NCBI GenBank assembly: GCA_965243595.1
Contig: OZ251569.1
Coordinates: forward strand, 2,180,203 to 2,244,202
Direction of reading: 5' to 3'
From: Thermodesulfobacteriota bacterium
Lineage (GTDB): Bacteria > Desulfobacterota_D > UBA1144 > Nemesobacterales > Nemesobacteraceae
Length of the DNA: 64,000 nt
Shown here piece by piece: positions 28,426 through 37,388 of the stretch. The notes under the pieces were generated by a model. It searched no databases and was not told the origin of the DNA. It saw nothing but the letters and a program-made list of their open reading frames with translations. Position 1 is the stretch's first letter. Each line of letters starts with the position of its first letter. A program made the translations under genes and the position numbers.

Positions 28426-29637
28426 TCAAGCCGCTTCGGATAACAGTTTGCCCATCTCTATGCGGACTACATCCCATATGAACCCCACAAGTTCTCTGGC
28501 GACGGCTACGTTTGCCTGCTTGGTGTTTTTGCCTGCGCGGAGGAATTTGTTGTAACGACCGCAGAGGCGTTTCTGCGCTTTCCATGCTATAGTCTTGGCC
28601 TCTTCGGAAGCGTCTTTGGCCTTCCGTTTCATGTGCGGGGTCTTTCGGGCGGGGAAGCGGTGTGCCCACGCGCATTCCACCAGCATTCTGCGGGCCGAAG
28701 CGTTTCCGGCGCGGGTTATCCTTCCCTGGCGTCTGCGTTGTCCGCTGCTGTATTCTCCAGGAACGAGACCGAGGAAAGACATCAACTGCTTGGGGGAAGG
28801 AAAGCGGCTTATGTCTCCGAGTTCGGCTAGCAACGTCACGGCGGCGAGCTTGTCGATTCCGCGAAGAGCGACCAGCGACTTGACCACCGGAGCCAGAGAC
28901 CATTGTTCCATGGCGAACTCTATCTGGGCGGTGGCGTCGTTCACAGCTTCGACGGCTTGCTTCTCCATGTCCATGTATCCCTGGAGAACCGCCTGCTGAA
29001 CCGCGGTGGGGAACTTCAAGGACTCAAGCCATTTGTAGTAGGTCTTCGTCCAGCGGGTCTTGTTTCTGGGCCAGTGGTGTCCGTGCCGAAGAAGATAGCC
29101 GTTTATTCTCTGCCGCGCCCGAAAGCGCTGTTCCTTGCAGTCCTCTCTGAAGCGCACCAGGTCCCGCATGGCCTCCTGCTCCTCGTCGGGAACCCACACA
29201 GGGGTGAGATTGCCGCTGCGAAGCAGGCTTGCCAGCATCTGCGCGTCCCTTCTGTCGGTCTTTATCCTCTCTCCCGGCGCTTTGGGTATGAGGGAAGGAG
29301 CGACCACGAGACAATGATGGCCAAACTCCTGAAACAGCCTGTGGAGAACGTATCCGCAAGGCCCCGCCTCGTAGCACAACAACAGAACCTGACCGTGAAA
29401 CTTTTTGTTCAGCTTCTCGATCAGCTTCCTTACGGACGACGGATCATTGGCGATCTCTCCCCAGGGTTCGGGGTCCTGGCGACCGCAGCGAGCTACGGAT
29501 ACTGCGATTCTTTCTTTGTGAACGTCAAGCCCTATGTATGCGGGGAAGCTGTGCTCCTTCCACAGGTTCCTCTGCGCTTGGAGAGCGGCTGTCAGCTCTT
29601 CGTACTGCTCCGATTGCGTGGTATTGTTCTGCGTCAT
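28426..29637 (-). CDS. IS110-family transposase/recombinase
   Basis: 403 aa; YIGLDVHK, CYEAGPCGY, IKTDRRDA (DEDD), GLVPGEYSSG (catalytic Ser), VAVARELVGFIW. Confidence 0.95.
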   Translation of the reverse strand: MTQNNTTQSEQYEELTAALQAQRNLWKEHSFPAYIGLDVHKERIAVSVARCGRQDPEPWGEIANDPSSVRKLIEKLNKKFHGQVLLLCYEAGPCGYVLHRLFQEFGHHCLVVAPSLIPKAPGERIKTDRRDAQMLASLLRSGNLTPVWVPDEEQEAMRDLVRFREDCKEQRFRARQRINGYLLRHGHHWPRNKTRWTKTYYKWLESLKFPTAVQQAVLQGYMDMEKQAVEAVNDATAQIEFAMEQWSLAPVVKSLVALRGIDKLAAVTLLAELGDISRFPSPKQLMSFLGLVPGEYSSGQRRRQGRITRAGNASARRMLVECAWAHRFPARKTPHMKRKAKDASEEAKTIAWKAQKRLCGRYNKFLRAGKNTKQANVAVARELVGFIWDVVRIEMGKLLSEAA

Positions 29638-29717
29638 TGATTTGTCCTCCCTTACTGAAAGATTTTTATCTTCAGCTTAACTGTGCGTCGCCGCACAGGC
29701 AGGTCAAATCATAATGA

Positions 29718-29795
29718 CTTCAACCGTTCGCGCCGGGGCGAGAACGAAAGAATTCTCTTCAACCGTTCGCGCCGGGGCGAGAACGAAAGAATTCT
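29718..29795 (+). repeat. Perfect 39-bp tandem duplication abutting the IS110 end
   Basis: cttcaaccgttcgcgccggggcgagaacgaaagaattct x2; single-copy in the paralog at ~36765-36803. Confidence 0.95.
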
Positions 29796-30245
29796 CTACG
29801 ACGAAAAAATCCCGGAGGAGAATTTCTCCCCGGAGAAAAGGAGCGTCCACTCCCGCGGGAGGAACCGGCGCCGGGGACGCTTTTTCCCCGACGCGTCTGG
29901 AGGCGCCGGCGGGGCGGCGAGGGAGGGCGGACGCCTGCTCGTCGGCAAAGACGGGATGAAGGAGTCCTTACGTCGAGCTTTCCGAAACATGCTGTCTCGA
30001 CGGCGGTTCGCCGCGACGCGTTTTCGTCCCCGGGGACGAGAGCGGGGTTCCGCTTCGGGGACAGGTCGAGATCGTGGAGTCGGCTCCCGGGACTCGGCGG
30101 AACCTTGCCCGAGAGGCCGAAACCGAGGAAGAAGCCGAAAAAGCGCCGGGCGAAGAGATCGAAGTCCGGAAGACCGACGAAGAAGAAATCCGGAAAGAGG
30201 CGGTAAAACCGGGCCGCGGCGGACAAAGCTTCGGGAGAAAACACC

Positions 30246-31404
30246 GTGAACGGAACGGAAGGAAAAAACGGCGGGGACCATGAGAGCCCCCGAGCGGAAA
30301 CGGAAAGGATTCTGCTCTCGATAGACCGCCCGAAAAGCTACTGCGCCGCGGGCAAGATGTTCGCTCCACTGCCCGCTCTCGAGGTCCGTGGCGCGGGAGC
30401 GCTCTCCTTCCCCGTTCCGAAAGACCGGATGCGCGCCATCTCGGACCGCGCGGCTCCCCGGTCGGGCGAAACCGTCCGAAACGGCGCGGAAATCGGCCCC
30501 GAAGACGCGCGACTCGGAGGCGGGGGATGGAAAAAGACCCTCGACGACGTGCTGGACGCGGTCGCCGAAGGTCTCGGCTGCCCCCGAAAGGGTCTCGGGG
30601 CGCGGTTTCGAAAGCACTCGGCGCTCGGCCCCGGGGAGTCTCTTCGCGTCGGCGGCCCCGAAGCGGAGGAGACGGCGGCCGTCCTGGTGGTCGCCCTGCC
30701 GGTTTCGGGAGGCGCCGAGGGCGGGGAAATCGTCGTTCGCCATAAATAAGGAGGAGACCGTTCTGGACATCCGGACGGGGGAACCTTCGGAAATCGCCTG
30801 GGCGGCCTTCTACGCGGACTGCGGGAGCGAAACGCGGCCCGTGACCGAGGGGGGCGCGCTGGCGCTCGTTTTCGACCTTGAGCTTCCGGGCGATCCCGAC
30901 GGACGCGCGCGGGCTCCGGACTTCGGGAAGGAGACGGAGCGGATGGCCCGCGCCCTGGCCGCGTGGAGCGCGGAGGCGGGAGAAGACGAAAAGATGGTCG
31001 TGCTTCTGAATCACGACTGCGGCGGAGACGGCTTTTCCCTCGGGGACCTGGGAGGCGTCGACGCGTCGGTAGCCGAAGTCCTGCTCGAGGCGGCCGCGCG
31101 GGCCGGCTGCACGGCGTACCTCGGGGTGGCGGACATATGCGCGAGCGCCGGGCTCGAGTACGACGGATACGCGCCGGACGAGAGCGCCTTCTCGGCGGAG
31201 AGCCTTCTCGACTGGCGGGGCGACTTCGAGCATCCGGCGGCTCCCGACGGTTCGCGGGCGGAATTCGAAAGCGCTTCCTTCGGAAAGAACGACATACTTC
31301 CCGCGGATTCTCTTTCCCTGTTCGAGCCGTACGAGGAAGGACAGGAGGAGTGGATGGGCATGTACGACCGCATGTATATCCTCGCGGCGATTTCGGTCCG
31401 GTAA
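30246..31404 (+). pseudogene. Frameshifted copy of the degenerate 2OG-Fe(II) oxygenase-like gene at 37389
   Basis: Near-identical to 37389-38545; cataaataaggag versus cataaaaacgag gives a stop and frameshift at ~30747. Confidence 0.85.
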
Positions 31405-31479
31405 ATCCCGGCCGGATTTCCCGAACGGTTTAAAAAGTTTGAGCTTTCCCGCCGCGGTCAGGACGGAGAGAAACCAGGT

Positions 31480-31610
31480 TTTCGGCGGAGGGCGCACGTT
31501 TCGGGACGGGCTCCCGCCCTTCCCCCGGGGGTTCTTCCATTCCGCGGGCCTCGCCGACGAAGCGGGAGGAAGGCTCGAAAAGAACGGCCCCGCATCACGG
31601 GTTCGCGCGG
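31480..31610 (-). pseudogene. Relic of the 5' end of the 1111-aa HNH-like gene
   Basis: cctcgccgacgaagcgggaggaaggctcgaaaagaacggccccgca matches ~19130-19176. Confidence 0.7.
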
Positions 31611-31638
31611 CGCGCCGAAGGCCCGGAAGAGCCCCCGC

Positions 31639-31676
31639 TTGCCGTAATCCCCGACCCGTATAGAATTACCGGCAAA
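31639..31676 (+). promoter_or_regulatory. Conserved putative promoter (copy of 19336)
   Basis: TTGCCG-16-TAGAAT plus gaattaccggcaa. Confidence 0.6.
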
Positions 31677-31698
31677 GTCCCCCTATGGAAACATCTCC

Positions 31699-33153
31699 GT
31701 GACGAAAGACGAGAAATCCAGCGACGGCGCGTCCCCGCAGAAGGTCCTGCCCCGGTTTTTCGAAAACTCCTTTCTTCGCTTCTCGGGCTGGCTCGGACCG
31801 AGGCGGGCGGACGGCGAGCCGCTGTGCGACCTTCTGGCGGCCCTCGGCGGCCGGGTCTTCGTTTTCTGCGAAACGGACGGGGAGGCGTTTCGCGGATGCC
31901 CGGAAGAGACTCGCGCGGCGGCGTGGCGGAGGTGGAGAACCGGGATTCTCGACCCCGTGCTCGGGCGGCTTCGGGAGGCGGAAGCGCACGTGAGAAGCGG
32001 CGCGGCGACGCTCGCGGGCGGATGGAGCGAAAAGCCTCTTCTGCCGTGGGCGGGGGCGGACACTCCCGTCTACAAGGTGGCGGTGGTTCCCGACCTTCGG
32101 CGGTTCCGCGGGAGGTTCCCGCGCGGGAGGGCGGAGAGAATAGCGTCCCGCTACGGGTACGCCGTCAAGGACTCGCCCGCGGGGACTTTCTGCGCCGGAC
32201 TCCCGAAAAAGGAAATCCCGCACGTGATCGACGTCCCCGCCCTGGAAATTCTCCTGCGGGAGCTCGACACCTTCCCGGACTTCTCGGACTTTTTCGCGGA
32301 GAAGGAAAAGTCGGTCACGGAAATGGAGACCATCCTGTACAGGGGCGAGGAGAACCTCCTGGCGTACTACCTGCTGGGCTACGAGGAGAAGTTCAGAAAG
32401 CACCTGATAAGCCCTCCCGAGGTGCGCGAGGTCCACGAACGGCTCGCGGAGACGTTCCGCGAGGGGCTTCCCCCGCCGGCGCGCCTGGAAACTTCTTCCG
32501 GCAAGCCGCTTCGGGGCTGGTACGTGCCTCTGAAGGGAAACGAGTGGGAGAAATTCTCTAGGTCCGAGCCCTATCTCGAGGAAAAGGAGTTCGTCAAGGA
32601 CTCCTACGCGTGGGACGGGTTCATCGCCGCCGCGAAGCGCAACTTCGAGGAAGGGGCCGTGATCCCGGACGTCTATCCCGGCAGGGTGAGGGACCCCGTG
32701 GACGCGATGGCCGGGGAAGCCAGGATATCGCGGACGAAGCTCATGAAGAGAATCAGGGAGTCGACGCCCGGAGTCGCCGGGGAGCGCGACGCGGAGTTCG
32801 CGGTCTTTCACTCCCGCGACCCGGGCCCCGAGAAACGCTGCGTGGTTCTCTGGTTCGCGTGTCCCGAAGGAGCGGACCCTCATACCAGCTACAGGCTTGC
32901 CCGACGCGAGGCGCTCGAGCACTGCTGCGTCGCGGTCAAGAAGGACAATCCCCGGATCGAAAAAGCCATGGGCCTGGCCATGGAGATGCCGGGGCGGGAG
33001 CGGGGGGTTCCGGACGACTTCATACTCTTCGACTTCTCGGGATGGAGAGAGGAGGAGGCGAAGCTCCCGGTGGTCGAATGGTCCGGCGACCCGCTCCCGC
33101 GAAACCCCCTCGGCGGACGGACTTCGCGAAACCTCTCCCGCGCGGGGACGTGA
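31699..33153 (+). CDS. NERD-like family protein, paralog 5 (close duplicate of 19397)
   Basis: 484 aa; MTKDEKS..SPQKVLPRFFENSFL..PLCDLL..ELDTFPDF..PDDFILFD. Confidence 0.78.
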   Translation: MTKDEKSSDGASPQKVLPRFFENSFLRFSGWLGPRRADGEPLCDLLAALGGRVFVFCETDGEAFRGCPEETRAAAWRRWRTGILDPVLGRLREAEAHVRSGAATLAGGWSEKPLLPWAGADTPVYKVAVVPDLRRFRGRFPRGRAERIASRYGYAVKDSPAGTFCAGLPKKEIPHVIDVPALEILLRELDTFPDFSDFFAEKEKSVTEMETILYRGEENLLAYYLLGYEEKFRKHLISPPEVREVHERLAETFREGLPPPARLETSSGKPLRGWYVPLKGNEWEKFSRSEPYLEEKEFVKDSYAWDGFIAAAKRNFEEGAVIPDVYPGRVRDPVDAMAGEARISRTKLMKRIRESTPGVAGERDAEFAVFHSRDPGPEKRCVVLWFACPEGADPHTSYRLARREALEHCCVAVKKDNPRIEKAMGLAMEMPGRERGVPDDFILFDFSGWREEEAKLPVVEWSGDPLPRNPLGGRTSRNLSRAGT

Positions 33154-33213
33154 CTTTCGTCCCGGGAGGAAAGACGGAGGGGGAAAACGACGGAGACTAG
33201 AGGAGGAAACGGT

Positions 33214-34455
33214 TTGATGAACGAGAACGGGGGAAAAGGCCGCGGGGAACCGCAAGACCCGCTTCTGGAGGTGGAGAGGCTGCTGCGCTCGATAGAACGC
33301 CCGGGAAACTACTGCGCCGGGGGGCGGATGTTCGCCCGCATGCCCGCGCTCGAGGTCCGGGGCGCGGGAGCCCTTTCCTTTCCCGTTCCGCGGGAGCGGG
33401 CCGGGGAGCTTTTTTCCCTCGGGCGCCTCTCGCCCTTCGGAAAGGGAACCGAAACCCTCCGCGACGAGAGCGTGAGAAACAGCAGGGAATTCGACCCCGG
33501 GGAGATAAGCCTCGGGGGCGGGGGATGGGAAAAGACCATGGAGGAACTGAAGGACGCCGCCGCCGAAGGTCTCGGCTGTCCCCGCGACCGGCTCGAAGCC
33601 GAGTTCCACAAGCTCCTGGTCTACGCGCCCGGAGGGTTTTTCCTTCCTCACCGGGACACGGAGAAAGGCGAGGGAATGGTGGGAACGCTGGTCGCGTCCC
33701 TTCCGGTCGCGGGAGGGAGCGGCGGCGGGGAGATAGCGGTGCGCCACGGGGAGAAGGAAACTTCCCTCGACATGAGCGGCTCGGGCGACCCTTCGGAGAT
33801 CGCGTGGGCGGCCTTCTACGCCGATTGTCCCCACGAGGTGCGCCCGGTGACCGAAGGACACAGGATAGCGCTCGTGTTCAACCTCCTGCTTCGAAACGGC
33901 GGGGGGCTTCGGGCGGCCGACTTCGACCGCACGGAAAAGGCGATGACCCGGGCACTTTCCGACTGGGGCGGGACGGCGGGGATGACCGAAAAGATCGTCG
34001 TGCTCCTGGAACACGACTACAGCCGGGCGGGACTTTCCTTCGAGTCGATGAAGAACGCGGACGCCGCCCGGGCCTCGGTGCTGGCCAAGGCCGCCCGGGC
34101 CGCCCGTTGCGAACTTTACGCCGCGACGGTCGAAATCTTCGAGTCCGCCGCGCCCGACTACGACGAGCACGGCGGATATACCGAAGGCGACGAAGCCTTC
34201 ACGAAGGACAGGCTGCTCGATTGCGGCTACAGTCTCGAAAACTTCGTCGCTCCCGACGGAACGAAACCCGGGTTCAAACGCCTCAGGTTCGACAAGGAGG
34301 AAATCCTGCCGCGCGACGCGCTTTGCGGACGCGAGCCCGACGAGGAGGGACTCGAGGAGGAGTGGATGGGCAACGCCGACGCCACGTACGAGCGCGTCTA
34401 CCGCCTGGCCGCGCTGGTTCTCCGGCCCGGGTCCTCCGGCCGGGGCGGCGCCTGA
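33214..34455 (+). CDS. 2OG-Fe(II) oxygenase domain protein (N-terminal half of the 23723 type)
   Basis: 413 aa; PHRDTEK and ADCPHEVRPVTEGHRIALVFNL intact; lacks the C-terminal extension. Confidence 0.85.
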   Translation: MMNENGGKGRGEPQDPLLEVERLLRSIERPGNYCAGGRMFARMPALEVRGAGALSFPVPRERAGELFSLGRLSPFGKGTETLRDESVRNSREFDPGEISLGGGGWEKTMEELKDAAAEGLGCPRDRLEAEFHKLLVYAPGGFFLPHRDTEKGEGMVGTLVASLPVAGGSGGGEIAVRHGEKETSLDMSGSGDPSEIAWAAFYADCPHEVRPVTEGHRIALVFNLLLRNGGGLRAADFDRTEKAMTRALSDWGGTAGMTEKIVVLLEHDYSRAGLSFESMKNADAARASVLAKAARAARCELYAATVEIFESAAPDYDEHGGYTEGDEAFTKDRLLDCGYSLENFVAPDGTKPGFKRLRFDKEEILPRDALCGREPDEEGLEEEWMGNADATYERVYRLAALVLRPGSSGRGGA

Positions 34456-34548
34456 CGCCGGGGAACTCGCGTCGGGAACCCGCGTCTTGATGTCCGATTC
34501 AAGCATGTTACAATCGGATCGCAGGTTGCGGGACGGACGTATCGAAAC

Positions 34549-34902
34549 ATGAAGCGTGACATCGACCTCGTGCGAGACATACTGCTTTCCATTGAGGACG
34601 GCAAAGACGCGGACGGCCGCGGTTTCATGCGCCTGAACGTCCCCGACCGTTCGCGGGAGGAAGTCTCGTACCACGTGGGACTTCTTTATGAAGCCGGACT
34701 GGTCGAAGCGGCGAACTCCTCCACGCTTGACGGTTACGAATGGCAGCCCAAGGGGCTTACTTGGCGAGGACGCCAATTTCTGGACTCGGCGCGCGACGAA
34801 AGCTCGTGGGAACGGGCCAAGAAAGAATTGAGGAAAACGGGGAACTTTTCTTTCGAGGTTCTGAAGGTCGCCCTGGCCGTTGTCGCCGCCCGCAGCGCCT
34901 GA
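34549..34902 (+). CDS. DUF2513-family protein
   Basis: MKRDIDLVRDILLSIE..VSYHVGLLYEAGLV..LTWRGRQFLDSARDE..W. Confidence 0.8.
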   Translation: MKRDIDLVRDILLSIEDGKDADGRGFMRLNVPDRSREEVSYHVGLLYEAGLVEAANSSTLDGYEWQPKGLTWRGRQFLDSARDESSWERAKKELRKTGNFSFEVLKVALAVVAARSA

Positions 34903-35297
34903 CTTCCGGCCGCCATTCGGGCTTTTTCCTCGACCCGGTCACGAAAAAGCGGAACGGAACCGTATCCCGTTCGACAGGCTCCCGGAACGCAGGGATTCCA
35001 TCCGACCCGAACTCCCCGAATTCCTCGAACGGAAAAGACCGGATCATGCGGGATGTCGCCGGACCGCGGTTTCACGCCAGGGCGGCATCGACGACACGGG
35101 GAAGCTCGAGGAAACCGGAGTCCAGGCGGTCCGAAAGTTCCGGATTCCAAGCGCGGGGTCGGGCCGACGCTCGACGAATTCCCGATGCCTCGACGTTAAG
35201 CCGGAGAAACGCCATGGAACTCATCCAGCGACCGCTTCGCGCACTCCGGGCGGCCGAAGCCGCAAGCTCCCCGCAAGATCTTTCGGCTTCTTCGCGA

Positions 35298-35311
35298 CCC
35301 CCCCCCCCCCC
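35298..35311 (+). repeat. C14 homopolymer
   Basis: Direct count; intergenic, about 225 nt upstream of CDS 35536. Confidence 0.9.
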
Positions 35312-35482
35312 GAATATTCAGACTCTCCCCTCAAGGAACGCGGGACGTCGGGCGAACGCTCGGGACGCCCGGCAAGCCCCCTCCGAATATACAGACATTA
35401 TCGCGACAATTGGAAAAACGGGCGCTCGGACCGAGGAGACCCGCTCAGGCCCCCGCCGCGGGAAAAAGTCCCCGAAACCCCG

Positions 35483-35511
35483 TTTACCCCGAACCGAAAT
35501 CCGTATACAGT
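35483..35511 (+). promoter_or_regulatory. Conserved putative promoter (13926 type)
   Basis: TTTACC-17-TACAGT, with the ccccgaa..ccccgtttacc..gaaccgaaatccgtata context shared with 13912-13950. Confidence 0.5.
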
Positions 35512-35535
35512 TTTCAGGACCGGACCGACGGCCCC

Positions 35536-37341
35536 ATGACGAAACCCGAAAAATCCCGAGTTCCCGGACAGAATCCCGCGGGCGGAGACGAAACGCACGG
35601 CCTCCCGAAAGATTCCCCGCCCGGCGGACTTCCCGGCATCCCATTCATCGAGCACTGGAACCGCCGCCCCGCGAGAGGAGACGGAAGCGGGCTCTGCGAC
35701 TTCATGATCGTGATCGAGGACGAAGTGCTCCTTTTCACGGAAGTCGAGGGACTCTCCGCGGAAGGAAAGAATCCCGAGGTCAGCCGGGACGCCGCGGCAC
35801 GGTGGAAGAAAGAAGCTCTCGACCCCGCCCTCGAGGCGCTGAGAGAGACGGGAGAGCTCATCCGGGCGGGCGAAGTTTTCGAGCGAAACACGGGGACACC
35901 CGCGTTTCGCGCCGGCCCCGGGCTCGCGAAAGATATCCGCGTCTACAGGTTCGCGGTGGTGCGCGGCGGTCTTCGTCCCGAGGACGCGGGCGCGGAGTTT
36001 TCGGTTTCCTACGGGGATCCCGCCCGCGGTGACGACGGGGCGCTCGTCCGGTTCGACAAAAACGATCCTTCCCACGTGCTCGGCCCGGGGGTTCTCCGGA
36101 ACCTCGGCTCCATTCTCGACTTTCTGTGGTACGCGGAGGAGAAGGAAGCCGCCCTCCGAAGACACGATTTTCTGGCCTGCGGGACCGAGGAAGACCTCCT
36201 CGCCCTCTACCTGGAAGGCGGACTCGCGCCTCCGAAATCCGAAGGCGGAAAGCGAGGCGCGCTCGTCGCCCGGTCGGGGCTCTGGGAAAAGTTCCGCGAA
36301 TCGCCCGGAGGTCGAAACCTCGAGAAGCGCCTCGAGGCATCCCGTCCCTGGGAGGACCTGGAGCGCAGGACGTGGCGCAGGGCACTGGAACGGGCCCCGG
36401 ACTTCGACGCCATCTCCCCGTGGAGAATCTCAAGCCCGGCGTACATCATCGCCGTGCAGCCGCTCGCGCTGCGCCCGACGCTTTCGAAAAAAATGCTGGA
36501 GGCGATGGAAACCTTCGACGAAGCCTCGGAGTGCGAGTTCCGAATTTCGCAGCCCGAGCCCGACCCCGAAACGTGCTACGTGTTCATGCAGACCAGGCGC
36601 GGCGGTTTCAAGGGCACGGACGAAGACTACCGGAAGCTTCGCCTGGAGAGGCTCGAGATGGGCTGCGGGATGGCGAAAAACGAGATTCCGCGGATTCAGA
36701 TCGCGGTCGGCATCGCGAGGGAAGTCCCGGGCTCGGGGGCGGACGTCGAGGATGAATTCATTCTCTTCGACTGTTCGGAGTGGGGCGAAAACGAAAGAAT
36801 CCTCTACGACGAAAAAAATCTCGGAGGAAAATTTCTCCCCGGAGAAGACGGGCGTCCGGTCCCGCGGGCGGAACCGGCGCCGGGGACGCTTTTTCCCCTG
36901 ACGCGCCTGGAGGCGCTGGCGGCGCTCGGCGACGCGGCGAGGGAGGGCAGACGTCTGCTCGCAGAAAAGGGACCCGACGCCCGCGCCGAGCGCGAACGCT
37001 GGGCCGAGACCGTAGGGCCGTACATCGAAACCGTTTTCGGACTCCGAGGCGGAGGCCGGAATCTTCTCTCCGAGGAAGGCGGTATGAAGGAAATCTTCGT
37101 CGAGCTTTCCGGAATATACGGCCTCGACGGCGGTTCGCCGCGACACGTTTTCGTCTCCGGGGACGAGAGCAGGGTTCTGCTTCGGAAACAGATCGAGATC
37201 GTGGAGTCGACGATCCTGGGACTCGGCGGAACCCTGCCCGAGAGGGCGAAACCGGGGAAGAAGCCGAAAAAGCGCAGGGCGAAAAGACCGAAATCCGCAA
37301 GACCGAAAAAGAAAAAATCCAAAAAGAAAAAGAAGCGGTAA
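35536..37341 (+). CDS. NERD-like family protein, paralog 6, with Lys-rich tail
   Basis: Start set at ATG 35536 (after the promoter); GLCDFMIV..FTEVE, EEKE, TEEDLLALYL, CYVFMQ, LEMGCG, EDEFILFD, LFPLTRLEA; tail KPKKRRAKRPKSARPKKKKSKKKKKR. Confidence 0.75.
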   Translation: MTKPEKSRVPGQNPAGGDETHGLPKDSPPGGLPGIPFIEHWNRRPARGDGSGLCDFMIVIEDEVLLFTEVEGLSAEGKNPEVSRDAAARWKKEALDPALEALRETGELIRAGEVFERNTGTPAFRAGPGLAKDIRVYRFAVVRGGLRPEDAGAEFSVSYGDPARGDDGALVRFDKNDPSHVLGPGVLRNLGSILDFLWYAEEKEAALRRHDFLACGTEEDLLALYLEGGLAPPKSEGGKRGALVARSGLWEKFRESPGGRNLEKRLEASRPWEDLERRTWRRALERAPDFDAISPWRISSPAYIIAVQPLALRPTLSKKMLEAMETFDEASECEFRISQPEPDPETCYVFMQTRRGGFKGTDEDYRKLRLERLEMGCGMAKNEIPRIQIAVGIAREVPGSGADVEDEFILFDCSEWGENERILYDEKNLGGKFLPGEDGRPVPRAEPAPGTLFPLTRLEALAALGDAAREGRRLLAEKGPDARAERERWAETVGPYIETVFGLRGGGRNLLSEEGGMKEIFVELSGIYGLDGGSPRHVFVSGDESRVLLRKQIEIVESTILGLGGTLPERAKPGKKPKKRRAKRPKSARPKKKKSKKKKKR

Positions 37342-37388
37342 AACCGGGACGCGGGGTCCGCGGCGGACGAAGCTTCGGGAGAAACACC

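Larger units (their letters stand above)
28096..29719 (-). mobile_element. IS110-family element (IS1111-type), 1624 bp
   Basis: Perfect 14-bp subterminal IRs tatgatttgacctg (28098-28111) and caggtcaaatcata (29700-29713); CT core on both sides (28094-28095, 29718-29719); removing the element restores the paralog-like sequence attctCTtc. Confidence 0.88.
28012..30205 (+). pseudogene. Relic of the 3' third of a NERD-like paralog (copy of ~36685-37341), interrupted by IS110
   Basis: attccgcggattcagat..gacgtcgaggacgaattcattctct | IS | tcaacc..tacgacgaaaaaatc.. aligns with 36685-37341, with indels. Confidence 0.8.

Noticed and set aside
35200-35300. Possible HigB-like toxin relic (IQRPLRALRAAEAASSPQDL)
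   Set aside because: Too short and too weak to support.
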